The notes: generated from the letters alone by a model not told the origin. DNA of 64,000 bases from Eledone cirrhosa (GCA_964016885.1 OZ024740.1:239568001-239632000); one strand, 5' to 3'; shown: positions 29,561 to 45,066, counted from the first letter of the stretch. Made by a program: numbers and translations.

Positions 29561-32384
29561 CTATAACTAGCGGAAATGTTAGAGAATTAAACAGAATATA
29601 TTTGCGGTATTTATCCTGTCTCTATATTTTGACTGGGAGCAACATAATTGAATTGTTACAAAAGTTGTTTTACAACCATTAGATCTCAGGTCCGACACCC
29701 CTCTTCAGCGTGGCATCTTCATCAGGTATCATTTATTTGAGCGTGAAATTGGGTAGATGAAAACTGCTGGGAGCCCGTCAGATAGACTATTATCTATTTT
29801 TAATTCAAAGGCCAGCCTTATCACACGCTATGTCCCGTTGAATAAGACCGAGAAACATATTAATCGTTCATCTATTTGGGGAATCCTCGTCTACGTGCAG
29901 GTTAGTTTCAAATAACTGGAATATTCATTGTCATTTCATTCGTTCTGAGCTGGAATGTGTGGTGACCTTGCCTGTACATTATCAGAGAAACGAGTTTTTC
30001 ACTGAACAATCTATGATAGTGCTCCAGATTTTCCGAGATTACCTAAATGAGATGGTGATAGATTGGCAATATCGTTAAAGGATGTAACAAATGCTTTATG
30101 GCATTGCTTTACGGGTTGTAAGCTCAAATACGACCGAGTATGATTATGTCTTTCAAGTACTCCTGTCGATATAATCGGCTGTTCAATCCACTAAATTTGT
30201 GGCCTAGTGACTACGTAAGATATTAATGTTAGTGCTGCTGAGAATCTCTAAAGATTGGCAAACCTAATACTTTGATAATGACGTCTTTTTGTTTTTGATT
30301 TTCATTTCTAACTTTAAAGATCATGAGTTAGGGTCTGAATTCGTAGTTGATCAGTGGATTTGTTAGATATAACAACTAAATCACTTTAAAAAACACTCTT
30401 AAATAAGGAAACGACACAGTACGTAATGTAGTCCTACATCACCCCTCCCAAGACCGAGTAGTCTTGGCAGTAATGCCTTTCATCATGATTGATCAATCAG
30501 ATTACGCTTGTGAACAAACAACATCGTCCTTAACAATAACTTTAAGAATCGCAACCCTTGCTCCTGGAACACTCCAGCATCAAGTAACAACTTTCATCTG
30601 GTGTCTTTTTTATTTGACGATTTATTGTTTGTTCATGTGTTTTGGCTGCAAGAGAAAGTCTTAACCCTTCATCTCCACCACTACTACTGCGATCGTCACA
30701 TCCAAAATATAAGAAACATATTCTGATATATACATTCTAAACACTATTGAATGAAGTTCAATGGAAATCTCAGGAAATCTGTTGGGAATTCAACAAGTGG
30801 GAAATACTGACATGAGTTATTGATTTTATGTCTGATTGAAGAAGGGGAAATGTTATTGAATGTCATATATGAGGAATTTAATGGTATACAGTTGTATTAT
30901 CGGCGAAAGAGCACATAATGTAATATTTCCAGGCAACAAACTTACAGAAACACTGAGAGAATAAAAGGTACAGGAAATTATTAAATTTTGTTATTCTATT
31001 CTGAAAAGAAACCGAAATTAGAACTTCACAACAAAAGAATTATGTAAGGATATATACAATAAAATATGTGTTGACTGAGAAAGAAAGGGAGAATATGTGT
31101 GTTGCATGTGTGTATTCAGTGGATAATTAAGTTATATTTGTATTTATAATTATCAACTTTAGAAGGGCGATGAATTTGTTTTAGTTCTTTACGTTCTCGG
31201 TTCAAATCCCACCGAGGTCAACTTAGCCGTTCATCTTCTGAGGCCGATAAAATAAAGTATCAGTCAAATTATGGTTCGACATAATCGATTTCTTCTTCTC
31301 CACAAATTACAGGTGTTGTTTCTGGATTAGAAATAATTCTCATCAACTTTATATATATTCACGAACAAAGAAGCTTCAGATAACACCAGGGAAATCAAGG
31401 GAAAGGTAAAATAATATCATTAAAAAATATAATATTTTGAAGAAATCATTTGTTTTAAAACAAATTGCAATACAGATACATTAAATGTTTCGTTTCAATA
31501 TTTCATTAAATAGTTCTAACACAATATAAAAGTATTATCATCTAGAGAGTTCTAAAATATCAGCCAGATTTTATACGTGAATAATTATTTTGAAAACTAA
31601 ATTAATAACAAATCTATTGGGATTTTTATGCATTCACGTGCAGAGTACACTCCTTTTTCTTAATTGTTAATCAAATTGTATCTATTATTGAATCTATTAT
31701 TGATTCTATTATTGAATCTATTATTGAATTGGTAATTAGAATTAAATTTAATGGTCCTGCTGATGGCATTGCTGGGTCTGTCACGGCATATTACATTCAA
31801 ACCTAGAAGGAATTATGCATCAGTTTCCAGGAAAGAATGATCTATTCTTTTCATATTGGAAGTTTGTCTTTGTTTTGTTTTTTGTTCTGTTTTTATTAAA
31901 TTACAGACAATAGAATCAAGATGTGGCAACAGATTTTGTTTGGTGGAATTAACCTAGTTTAACAGAATAGATATTAACTTGATAAAAAAAAACCACACAC
32001 CTCTATCCGCTGTTCATACGTCACGTTCATTGTATTATAATATATATCCCTAATATATTTTCAATGTGATGAATCAATTTTGTTGAACTAACTGGAAGCC
32101 ATTGAATCCGGAAATACATAGAAATACATAGAAATACATGGAAATATGTGCAGATAAAGATATCCAAACATTGTTGAGAGAATTAAGGCAAACAAATAGT
32201 AGAAGAGAATATATTAAACTAAAACATACTAGAAGTGAACATTGCAGATTATTTCACTAGATTTCACAAATTGTCTATGATGTACGACCATCGTGCAATA
32301 TTTCGGTTTCTGGTTGTAACGTTTTAATTTAAGGACTGATATGCTATAAAATATAACACCTCCAAATTGTGATGAATTTGTGAT

Positions 32385-32401
32385 AGTAGTTCAGCAGCAG
32401 C

Positions 32402-32448
<47 letters not shown>

Positions 32449-32609
32449 CAGCAACAGCAGTAGTAGCAGTAGTAGTAGTAGTAGTAGCAACAGCAGCAGC
32501 AGTAGCAGTAGTAGTAGTAGTAGTAGCAACAGCAGCAGCAGTAGTAGTAGTAGTAGTAGTAGAGCAGCAGAAGTAGTAGTAGAAGTAGCAGCAACAGCAG
32601 TAGTAGCAA

Positions 32610-32642
<33 letters not shown>

Positions 32643-32672
32643 TAGTAGTTGTTGTTGTTGTTGATGTTGTTG
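32385..32672. repeat. Compound (AGT)/(AGC)/(GTT) microsatellite
   Basis: Directly visible. Confidence 0.95.
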
Positions 32673-35117
32673 CTTTTTTGTTGATCTTGTTTAGTCCTGG
32701 GTCATTTCTGTTCGAAAGTGCTCCAGCATGGGTCTTACTTGTAGGTATAGTGTATGCAGGGTTACGGTATTAGATGTCCTCTTCCCTCTTCTAGACGATA
32801 GCGTTGGGTTTAATGGAAATTTAACTGCTATTTCAATCCAGTTGAGCATCCGCATAGAGGCGGCTCCTTCGTTATCATTTCAGCCTTAAATTTGTCCCAA
32901 GCTGCTCTACACGTCGGCCCGTCTAAACCGTCTATCTCTGGGCTGCAAATGTTTTCTTTATTTCTTTTTATTTTTTGTTGACAACTGATACAACGCACGA
33001 ACAGGAATTCTTCAAAGGAAATAGTCTCTAGTGACAGCAGATAGTTATGTCTTTCTTTAGTGCTAGAGTAAAAAAAACAAAGATTTTGTGGAAATCAGAA
33101 AGTAACTTCGTTTGAAACAATTTTTATTTTCATTGCTGAGTACTGAATTTTATTGATTTTTATGATTTTATAACTAAAGAAGAGACATTTACACTTATTT
33201 AATAACTCAGTGATAAATTATTTCATTACCTATACCAAAATTGCACCGATTACAATTTGCCACTGCATGTCGGCATATATGAAGAACGGTCTGCATTTAA
33301 GCGTATGGCATAATATAATAATCTTAGCTGAAGGGTTCTCCGTCGGTTTCGTGGATGTGCATCCAGTTAAATTAATGCATAAGTGGTTCAGTGTCCCACA
33401 GATGCTTATGCACGTAACGTTATTCTTTGACCGAATCAGTTTGATATAATATATGATTAAGCTGGATACTTGACGTCCAGGTCGACTTCATTCAACGGAT
33501 GTCAGTACAAGTTCTGTCTAGCCATTTTCACTTACAAGGTTTGGGTTGATTCAGCGCTATGGTAAAAGTCATTTGTCCAAGATGTCATGATAGCGAAGTG
33601 AACTTTTTGACAATAGATACAATGAATCAAGCATAGACATCGTGCCGGCTGCTTGCGGGCTAATTGTCCGCTTGATAAGAGATGAACAGAGGTTGAATTC
33701 TTTAATATAACATCAAATTTATGAGATTTTTTCTGAAATTGATAAAAATGTTTCATTTCAATGTTTGGAATGTTCTTGTTTTAGTTTTCTCTTCAGATGG
33801 AATTATTTCAAAATATATATTTTAAAAATGTTTTCATAAATGCCAAAGTAGTAATGATAGACTGTCAAATTAAAAGCTACATATTACAAAACAAATGTAT
33901 TGTTTATAAATATCTCACTAAATTTAATTTTCAGTTGTATAGATAGACTCAATGAAGAAATATATTGCTTTCTCAATCAATTTATCACAAATTAATTAAA
34001 GTATATCTTTTTCACATCAATCAAAATAAATTAAATGAAATTGATGTAAAACTTTGAAATAATTGTCTTTAGTAATTAACAACTGAATATAGTCATCGCC
34101 TAAATCTACTCAAACTATCGAGTTTTAATAGAGTTTAAGTTTTTTCTTCAAATATCTAGACGAAGACATTTATTTCTAACTAATACATTATAACCCATGG
34201 AATTGTGTAAATTCCATAAAATATAGCCAAGTTGTTAGAGAAGATATCGTGTTCAAATAGTACATAGAAATGTTGACATTGGAAGATTTCTCAAGGGGGA
34301 CTCTTGCATGAACAGCATATAATTAAGAGCAAATTACTATATTGAAGTTGATGAACCGAAAAGAACACTTCATGAATCGAAATTATAAATGCAGTGAGAA
34401 GACGTCATCAGCGTTATTGAACATTATCCTAAACGTATTAGGTAGATTGGTATTTCTAGAGAACTCTAGAAATACCAATCTACCTAATACTTGCCAAATC
34501 GGTGTTATTGTAACGGCAAACCATCCCCGTATGTCACACAGGCATCACGCTAAGCATTGGCGGGTTAGTAGGTGTGGTGGAGGGGGTGGGATTTATAAGG
34601 TGACGCCAGAAGGGCTACTGTTCATAGAAAATACCATTCATTAATCAAAACCAAAGATTCCGCTGACACAGGGGCTTAAGGGTGTTGAACATTCTGTCAG
34701 TAGACATTGGCCGAAAACCAGCGTAGCGTGACGGTAAGGACTTAAAAGGTTAAATCTCTATAAAGGCGTACGAGACTATATAAATTGTATAAGACAATAA
34801 TTGTTTCTACTTTTGGCACAATGCCAGCAATTGCCTCAGTGCATTACTGGTGCTTTATTTTATCGACCCTATAATAAATCTATTCTCTATTCTCTATTCT
34901 ATTTGTGTTAGCCTTAACCCTGTTGACTCGTAATTCTGCAATAAACACCTGATGAAATCGTCTATGTTTCGCATCTTGATCGGATGACGAAATAGGGCCA
35001 TTGAAATATGAATAGTGTTTTTGCGGAATCAAAATTTCCAATTCGGCGTTTTGTTGTCTTAAATGAGTATATATATATAAATATAAATTACACACACTTT
35101 CACACATATATATAAGG

Positions 35118-35159
<42 letters not shown>

Positions 35160-35359
35160 AGAAAGTGAGATTTCTTTTACAAAATGAAAAATAACCGAGG
35201 TATAAAGAAAAAAAGATGAAATCGAAAATGCAACTGGAGTCTTATTTTAAGAAAAATATATATATTTATTTGGTTCCTTTACGGTTTCGCAGTTCTTCTG
35301 CTTTTCAAAAGTTGAGATAGAGGGTCTGTGATTTTTCTCACATCAGATGTGTAATAATT

Positions 35360-35545
35360 AATTATTTCTACTTTAGGCACAAGGCCAGCAATTACCCAGT
35401 GCATTACTGGTACTTTATTTTATCGACCCCGTAAGGATGAAAGGCAAAGTCAACCTCGGCGGGATTTGAACTCAGATCGTAAAGGGACGTAACTATGCTG
35501 GAAAGCATGGCGTCCGACTCTCTACCGATACTGCCAATCCACCTT
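35360..35545 (-). mobile_element. SINE with target-site duplication
   Basis: Full family body; cagatgtgtaataattaa on both sides. Confidence 0.88.
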
Positions 35546-35782
35546 TTACAGATGTGTAATAATTAATAATTATTAATATGGTCTCCTTATCACAAAGGTT
35601 GCAGTTAGGTGATATGGATGAGTTAATGTAGACTTGGCTATTACAGAGTTTTGACCAAAAATATTGAGTACTCTAAATTATTGTCTTTCAAGGACCATAT
35701 TAGTTGTGATAAAGAAGTGGAGAATTTCTTATCCGAATTCGAAAAGGACAGACAGACATACAGGCAGAGAGACAAAGGTTTG

Positions 35783-35844
<62 letters not shown>

Positions 35845-36811
35845 AACCATTCTAATACTCTAACAGATGTGAGTGGACTAAGTGTCACTGAAGAGGTCTA
35901 ATAAAACTGAAACATGTCCTGCATTTTTACCTTAGCTGCTAACGATCACACTTGCTTTCTCTTGCAGTTCGCTCGACTGAACATATATGAAGTTCCTCCA
36001 TTGCCAGATTTGATAATAAGTTTAATTAAGGATAATGACTTCACTTTCTATCACGATTATAGTTTCAGTTGAGTAAACATTATTTTCGACCTGAAGTACA
36101 TTACACTGCAATAAGCAGCAAGATAATTAATAGTAAACTGATCATTTGACCGAACTAAAGTTTATATTTCTAGTCAAGCATAGTTTTGTACGAAACAACA
36201 ATAACATAATCAATCAAACAACATAATCAAAATAACAACACAACAAATTATAAACTTCAATTATTTGCTTCAATGTATGTGTCTAGCTAACAATCAAGAA
36301 ATGGAAACAAATTTAAACATTCAAAATACAAATACCGTCTAAGATCATTTTGCTAAGTTGGAAACAATGTTTATTTATAATCTTCCTGTAATTTAAAGGC
36401 AAATATTTACATTATTCCTGTCTGAATATCTAACACTATTTCTGATGCACCTGTAGGAATATAAAACTATTAAAAAATCTGAAAATCTAATATTTGTTCA
36501 CTCCTCCTCTCATATAAGATGTAAGTGATTGATAATTTTATGTTTACTATGTTAGATAAATGTATATATAACAGTAATGACAAAGATATTCTCGGCAGCT
36601 ATTCTCTGTCAAGAGGAAATATAATTTTGTTGTGGATGTATTCATTGTAATTATTGTACACAGATAATCTACACGATACATCTTTGTTGATAGGTAGAGA
36701 CAAGGTAATGTAAATATAACAATGATTACATGTTCTTTGAAAAGAAGTTCCCGCTGCCAAGTTTTTACAGAAACATTGACGTAAATCATATCAACACTTG
36801 GTGAATAAATA

Positions 36812-36869
<58 letters not shown>

Positions 36870-36885
36870 CCTCTCTCTCTCACTG

Positions 36886-36930
<45 letters not shown>

Positions 36931-37072
36931 CACAAATTTAAATAATTTTGAAAACCATATGCACTAGAAAACCATATGCACTAGAAAAATTTCTAGTGCA
37001 TTGTATGGGTTTCAAAATTAATTGAATTTGTTTTTCCTATTCAACAATGCTTCAAACAAACTACAACACACT

Positions 37073-37103
<31 letters not shown>

Positions 37104-37712
37104 ATGTGTGTGTGTGTGTGTGTGTGTGTTATGTATATATGTATGTGTGTGTGTATTCGCGTGAGTTTTACATCGAATAATAATAATATTCGATTCGTTT
37201 TCAAGCAAACAACCTCAAAGCGCCATGTTTTTAGATGAACATTGTCATCCTTTTGCTCTAGCGGTGACACAGAGAAACAATAGACAACGTTGTTTCTGGG
37301 TTATTGCCCGTTGTAAAGATTGGGTATCTCTTTTCTGTTACTATCCAGAATGGATAGATGGTAATCGATAATCCGTTACTTAGATCAATATTTTCTCTAA
37401 AATTTGATTTTACGAAACGGCCGTCTGGAAATCGATAAATGTAATACCACCTTAAAGAATGTACATTTTCCTACATAGTGTTTGCTCTACATATGTGTAC
37501 AAAATGCTATGTGTTTCTCAAAAGATATAGGCCTCTTTCTCCTGCATGTCTATTTATCTTACAAACTTATATAATTGATGCTCTGAACTAAGGTCCATTG
37601 AGGTTTTTATTCAGAAACACGATCGTTACCTATTCAATATGTATCAATATCTTTACATAGTATACACGTACACACACACGTACACACACACGTACACACA
37701 CACGTACACACA

Positions 37713-37800
<88 letters not shown>

Positions 37801-37819
37801 CATATATATATATATTAAG

Positions 37820-38010
37820 AATTGTTTCTACTTTTGGCACAAGGCCAGCAATTATCCCAGTGTATTACTGGTACTTTATTTTATCGATCCTGTAAGGGTG
37901 AAAGGCAAAGTTAACCTCGGCGGGATTTGAACTCAGACTATAAAGGGCCGTAACTCTTTGCTGCAAAGCATGGCGTCTGACCCTCTGTCGATACTGCCAA
38001 TCCACCGCCC
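37820..38010 (-). mobile_element. SINE, dominant family
   Basis: Full body with A and B boxes on the minus strand. Confidence 0.88.
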
Positions 38011-38049
38011 TTATATGTATTCTAGGGCGGGTAAAATTCCCGAGATCCA

Positions 38050-38485
38050 TGGACGAGTTCTCTCCAGCGGTCTCTGTCCCTCATTATCGCTGCCATGTCC
38101 TGCGTCTCCAACAGACCATGTCTGTCCTTAGGGCATTAACATACGTTAACCTTGGTCTTCCTCTTCCAGTGTGTCCATGTAGGGGCTCCCACAGGAGCAC
38201 TACTGAGTGCAATGTCAACTCTGGATGTCGGTGAGCATGTCCAGCTAACCCCAGTCTCCTCTGTGTCACTTTTGAGCTGACTTTTGGGAGGCTCCCATAC
38301 AGCTTTGAGTTTATCATCCTCAGTGTATACTGATTAATGTTCAGAGCCATCCTCAGCATTCTCGTGTAGCACCCATCCACCATCTGAGTGAGTTTCTTGG
38401 TCAGTGTCCAAGTCTCAGACCCGTACAGCAGCACAGACTCCACTACAGCAATGAAGAGGCGGATTTTCAGGTCTTTACGAATATA
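38050..38485 (-). pseudogene. RTE-type LINE 3' fragment
   Basis: LKIRLFIAVVESVLLYGSETWTL..YTRMLRMALNI..RRLGLAGHAHR..GRGRPRLTY. Confidence 0.85.
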
Positions 38486-38835
38486 CATATATTAATAATA
38501 AATATGGACGAAGTATCAAATTTTCATTAAGTTTCTTTAGGCGTGACGCGCGTTTCGCGATTGATCAGTTCAAGGTTTGACCTCTATCGACCGGACCCGA
38601 CTCTGGATTCCGGAATTAAGTTAACATAATTTTGATTCCATTGTCGGACCCGATCGATAGAGATTGTACCTTGAGTTGATATGAAACGCACGTCAAACCT
38701 GAATAAAGTTAATGAAAATTTGACACCTCCTCCATACGTATTATCAATATTACTCTGCTTAGAACAACCCAAAGTACTGGAGACTACGCATCGAGTGGTT
38801 ACTTTGGTGATCTAAGAGTATCTTAACATTACAAT

Positions 38836-38878
<43 letters not shown>

Positions 38879-38882
<4 letters not shown>

Positions 38883-39720
38883 AATATAATTTCAGCGAGA
38901 TCGTATTTCGGCGGGGGCCAAAAACAAAATGAAACGCAATCTTCGAAATATTAGACAAGCGCTCAATGGACTAAAAGAAGACCAGAGCAACATACGTTAT
39001 AAAGGCCAGAAAAAGGAAAACAGTGGTGGTGAAGCCACAGGAGCCAAAAAAAACACGAAGCAGGCTAAACGGGTTAACAAAAGAATATACCTGGACCTCC
39101 TGGAAAGTGTTGGTAAAATCCAGTGGAAGGTTTCTGTGACTCCTAAATCAATTATACTGCCTACTTTTGTTGTAAGCTTTTGGTATAACGGTCGAACAAG
39201 GTAGCCATTTCGTCAACAAGTATTTTGTTCTCAGAGGGCTACCGGGTTCCAATGCAGTAGTAGTGAAATGACTACCCACGTGTTTACCCTGCAAGGGAGG
39301 TAACCTCGGTTTTTGGCGGGTGCATTCAAAATGTGTGAATGTATTACAAAAATTGCATAAAACTGCACAAATCGAAGTAAGCTCTCGACCGGGTCGTTTT
39401 TAAATAAACTTAATCAATCACTCAGTCAATAGAATTGTCTAATTAGATTAACTAATTATTTGCTAGGCTGGGGAGATTATTACAAATATAATTTCAGCGA
39501 GATCGTATTTCGGCGGGGGCCAATAACAAAACGAAATGCAATCTTCGAAATAAGCAGCTAGCGCTCAATGGACTAAAAGAAGACCAGAGCAATTAACATA
39601 CGTTATAATGGCCAGAAAAAGGAAAACAGTGGTGGTGAAGCCATCAGCCACCGGAGCCCCCAAAAAACGGAGCAAGCTAAACAGGTTAACAAAAGAACTT
39701 ACCTGGACCTGCTGGAAAGT
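38879..39720. repeat. 1.4 diverged tandem copies of a ~602-bp unit adjoining (TA)n
   Basis: tacaaatataatttcagcgagatcgtatttcggcgggggcc at 38879 and 39481. Confidence 0.8.
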
Positions 39721-39723
39721 CTT

Positions 39724-39980
39724 AACGGTATCCTCAGATGATATCCGATATGTTTGATATGTCGGTGGCAGGAAAAAACACACGTCCTATTTCTTGTGTG
39801 CCCAGCATACACATGAGACCCTTGAAGGGTTTTCTTCTCGTCGTGTTTGCTAGAAAAAGATATCAACGAAAAAAAAAACGAAAAAACTGTGCAGCCAAAG
39901 CACAGTAGACAGTGGAAGCAATAAATGGAGCTCTGAGGGAGGGTGGGGAATATATTTTATTGACAACCACATTAAGACAA

Positions 39981-40017
<37 letters not shown>

Positions 40018-41599
40018 GATGACGACGACAACAACAACAACGACAATAACAGCAAACAACCGACCAAAAGTCGTCCACACTGGCCGCATCAGTCGTAGTG
40101 ATATTACTACTCTACTGACAAGAACAACGATAGCATCTTGTATGCACACCTGGAGTCTCTGTGTGTACATGTTTCATGTCCCTTGTTCCTTATTCTTTGT
40201 TTGTATACCTACTGTTGTTTTTATGTATATTTGTCCCGTTCTTTTATTATGTTCTCTATATGTGTTCTCGAATTCTGATCTGTATGTTTCTGTCCCTACT
40301 TTCGCCTCCCGTAACTCTCTTCCATAGTCTAGCAGCCTTTTTAATAGTATTGATGCCATTGTAGTTACAACTGAATGCTATTGTGGTTAGTTGTTTTTCT
40401 GCACTGTAATTATTGCTAGCATTGTGCCTTAGAGTGATAGAGAGGACTGTATTAACTGTGCATGTATTTATTAATTGTTTCTACATTTGACACAAGACCA
40501 GCAATTACCAGTGCATGACTGGTACTTTATTTTATCGACCCCGTAACGATGAAAGGCAAAGTTGACCTCGGCAGGAATTGAACTCAGACTGTAAAGGGCC
40601 GTAACTCTATGTTGCAAAGCATGTATTTATTAATATATATCCATTTGTATGTCTGTCCCATTTTTCGCTTCCTTGTTTCAACGGACTACTATTGTGGTTA
40701 GTTTGTTTTTCTCTGCAATATATTTACAACTGGCCTTGTGCCTTTGGATGGAAGCCAGGCCCTTTTTGTTGTTGTCGCCGTCACCGTGGTGGGCTCATCA
40801 CTCGTGTTGTTGTTCTTATTGTTGTTGGTGTTACCACTGTCTGGCTCTCGGGTAATGGTTACTCACTGCCATTGACTTGATACTAATATCAATGATATCA
40901 CCACTACTACGACGACTGGGGTAGGTGATGTGCGGTGTTAATGTTTGTTACCGTTACTATTGTTGTTGTTGCTATATATAGTCATGGTGATAGATGCCAC
41001 CAATTCTGTGTATCAACCTACCTCAGAACACCTTTTATTGCTGTGGCAGTTGTTATTGTTGTTATTATCGGTGGGGTGATACCGTCACTACGATTGCTAC
41101 GGCCTGAGTACACGACACTGGTCTGTGTTTTTGCTGTTGTTGTTGTTGTAACTGTTTACTTTGGTTGTTGCTATCGTTGTTGTTGTCAGTAGGGTGGTAA
41201 TATCACTACGACTGATGCGGCTATTGTGGACGACTTTTGGTCGGTTGTTTGCTGTTATTGTCGTTGTTGTTGTTGTTGTTGTCGTCGTCATCGTCGTTGT
41301 TGTTGTTGTTGTTGATGATGTTGCTGTTGTTGTAGTTGTTGTCTTAAGGTAGTTGTCAATAAAATATATACCCCCTCCCTCCTTCAGAGCTCCATTTATT
41401 GCTTCCACTGTCTACTGGGCTTTGGCTACACACAGTTTTTTCGTTTTTTTTCGTTGATAGCTTTTTTCCCAGCAAACACCACGGGTAGCAAACTCTTCAA
41501 GGGTCTCATATGTATGCTGGGCACACAAGCAATAGGACGCGCGTTTTTTCCTGCCAGCGACATATCAAACATATCGATTATCATCTGAGGATACCGTTC
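39724..41599. mobile_element. Fold-back element with ~410-bp imperfect terminal inverted repeats containing (CAA)n
   Basis: 39724-40135 is reverse-complementary to ~41165-41599; SINE inside; no TSD seen. Confidence 0.7.
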
Positions 41600-41825
41600 T
41601 CATAACAACAGCAAATCCATGAAGGACATCTCGATTACATGGAGAACCGTGGAAATAATTATAATGATTAAACGATATATGTAACCTCAGCATCTTATTT
41701 TGTTATTTCTATAAAAACTCCATCGTAACTAAAAAGTACGATTGTTGAGACCTTTCTCCTGCTTACTCCTGTTTTTACCGAACAATCTTTTCTGATCATG
41801 TATGTATATGTGTGTATGTGTGTGC

Positions 41826-41866
<41 letters not shown>

Positions 41867-42986
41867 TGTGTGTGTGTGTGCGTGTGTGTATGTGTGTGTG
41901 TACGTGTGTGTATATACAAACGAAAGAAAAAATACTCATGATGTAGATTAATATCATGATGTTCATTAATACTAGGAATCACTTAGTGTTTACCTCTCTT
42001 GTTCATCAGAATTTTGCAGCACACCTCGGCGGCATCTCAACACTCAAGGCGTTTTGTTTTTAACAAATATGACTATGCGTTTCTTCACTTTTCCAATATG
42101 GTTTGAGACACGAGCGCTTCCTTTAAATCCACACACGCCTTCTAGTCCATAGCTTTCGTTTCCTCCAAACATTTCTATTCTTTCCACTCATGTTTGTTTC
42201 AAAGAACCCAGAAACGTCCATATATATAACACCTCACCTTAGATTTAATTGTATAACCTATTTTGCCAATGGTAGTAAAACCCTATGTCAACAAACATCT
42301 CGGCACCGTTTAGAATGCAACATTTCTTAATTTGATCTAATATCAAGGGAATATTTTGTCGTTTCTTGCTTTCGTAGGATATACAATTTCCTGAATTAGC
42401 TCATTCAACTGGACCTGAACAATATTAGCTTATTTTTTGGCTTCCATTATGGCGTTAATACCATCTATTAGCTTATTTTTTGGCTTCCATTATGGCCGTA
42501 ATGCCAACCATACAATGTGGTAGCAATATAAAGTATCTTACGATATTCGCATCAAGCAAATTTGAATATTGCAGCCTATCCCTACGGCTTTGCTGTGAAG
42601 TTCTGCTACGAATACTAAGGCTAGAAAGAGTATGATATATTATTTACTATACACCATATGATTTTAAAAAAAGGTTAAAGTTCGGAGCTAATCTCAGTTT
42701 CATTGACTTTAAGTGACAGAGAAGAGGGAGTCAAACTTTGGCAGAGCTAGCTCTGTACTCATTTTCAGCTGAGTTTATTGAAGCAACGTGTTTTGCTCGA
42801 GAACACCACCCGGTCTGAGAATCGAATCCACAACATAGCGATCATAAGCACAAACCCAAACCACAAGTTGAAATTGCTCCATGAAAACAGTTTAAATTGT
42901 AAGGTATAACATTTTTAATCACGCAATTGCAGTTAGATCTATAAATATTCGTCAAGTCTGCGAAACCGATTATATATATATATGTA

Positions 42987-43076
<90 letters not shown>

Positions 43077-43414
43077 GGTCTCTTCTTGCTTGCATCCCAC
43101 TCACGCTGGACGTGTCTGTACCTTTCGCTCATGAAATCCACCCAGCTTATGCTGACCAGGACTACCATGCTGCTTATTTATTTCCTTTCTTTGGTTTGCT
43201 TTAATCCTTCTATGTTGATCACTTGTCGCCCTCGCTTTACGCGATTTACTGGTCCCAATAACTTTTTTTAGTTATTGCTCGCTCCAACCTGAGGTATATG
43301 ATTTTTAATGCGATGAAATACCAATGATCGTTGGAAAATCACTGACGAAGGACTATTTTTATTATATGTAACCTATGTGCAACCACGCAGTATCCTTCTT
43401 TCATCTCATGTTTT

Positions 43415-43488
<74 letters not shown>

Positions 43489-44942
43489 GCTGCCAACTCG
43501 TTTTCGAGTACGGCCACTACTTTATATCCATGTAGGAGAACCCCTACCGATGCGCTGAACGAGTGAGACTTTTTAGTCCAGCTAGCGAGTTGAAAACTCT
43601 GGTACAAACACTACACTTGTGACAATTATTGACACATAATGCTGGGCCCATGGTACCATGTAACGACAAGTGCAGAGAGATCTTCAGATATAAAGCAATC
43701 CCTGTGCCGTGAAGCTTTTATAGTGAGCAAAGGCACTGCACAAAGCCAGTCCCACTCTCTTAACCAAGACGATATTTACCAGAAAGAAGAACAAGTCAAC
43801 ATCATTGGATACCATCAGGGTTGCAGGTGTTATATCAGAGTTTTCCTTCTCCTAGAATTCTACCTTGACAAAGGCTAAGGGGTCATCTCTCCCAGTGATT
43901 TTTGATGGCCATTGACTCTTAAGAGCTCCTTTGCCCTTTGACAGGTTTTGTTTTTAGTCCTGCGGGATATCCAAAGTCATCCTCCTCACCAAGAAACCTT
44001 GGTGGGGTTGCCAGTTTAGTCGCCAACGATGCGACCATGGGACAGGTTGTACTGGGATACATGTTACCAGTAGCACCAACTGGTGACCTGACATACATAC
44101 ATACATAAATACATACATATGGGAATGCACACACAAAAAACCAACACACATACACACACATACACACACACACACAAATACACGCGCACAAACCGAAACA
44201 CCCACATACACGCATATATATATATATGTGTGTGTGTGAGTATGTGTACATGCAATATATATATATAAACATAAATATATAATGGCCAGTTTCAGATAGT
44301 TTGTGGTAGATCCTGTGGCAGTGGTGTCTTCCGGCGTTCTTGGCCCCCTGGCCACATCCCTGCTCACTGCTATCACAACGATATTGGCTACCGACAGATG
44401 CGAGCCCCATAACGTTCGAGCGAAATTTCTAGCCATGACTACGGAATAAGGACATCCTACATCTGAAGTCTTAAGAGTTAGAATACAACATGTACATGCA
44501 GAATACCGGAAGATACAACCATCAGGTGGACACGAGGAGTAATATGCCGGAGAAATGGAAAAAGATGAGTGTTGCCGTACATGGGAGTCGAACCCACATC
44601 TTTGGTTATGCAGACCTTTCTTTAGTCTAAAATACGGTGAAAGCTTATAATTTCTAATTTCTAATTTCAAACTCGCGCACTGTTTCAAAAACACTTATAT
44701 GTTTACGTTTATAATTTACTTGTTTATATATATATATATATATATATATACGACTGAGAGTACAAGACTACCCCCTGGACAAGATGCCAGTTCATCGCAG
44801 GGTTTAAACCTCCAGCTATTGGTGAGTATATTGGAGCAACGTGAAATGAAGTGTTTTGCTCAAGAACACACTCACAACCCAAGAATCGAACCCACGTCAT
44901 TATGGTCGTAAGCCCAACACCCTTACTACTAGGCCACGTGCC

Positions 44943-45003
<61 letters not shown>

Positions 45004-45004
45004 T

Positions 45005-45066
<62 letters not shown>

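Noticed and set aside
33229-33740. Possible host exon (minus-strand splice-like signals, Cys-rich translation)
   Set aside because: No recognisable domain, stops in adjoining frames and no supporting neighbouring exons.
35884-35922. Hammerhead CTGAAGA..GAAA CATG TC
   Set aside because: Core present but stem I does not pair in register; treated as decayed and not listed.
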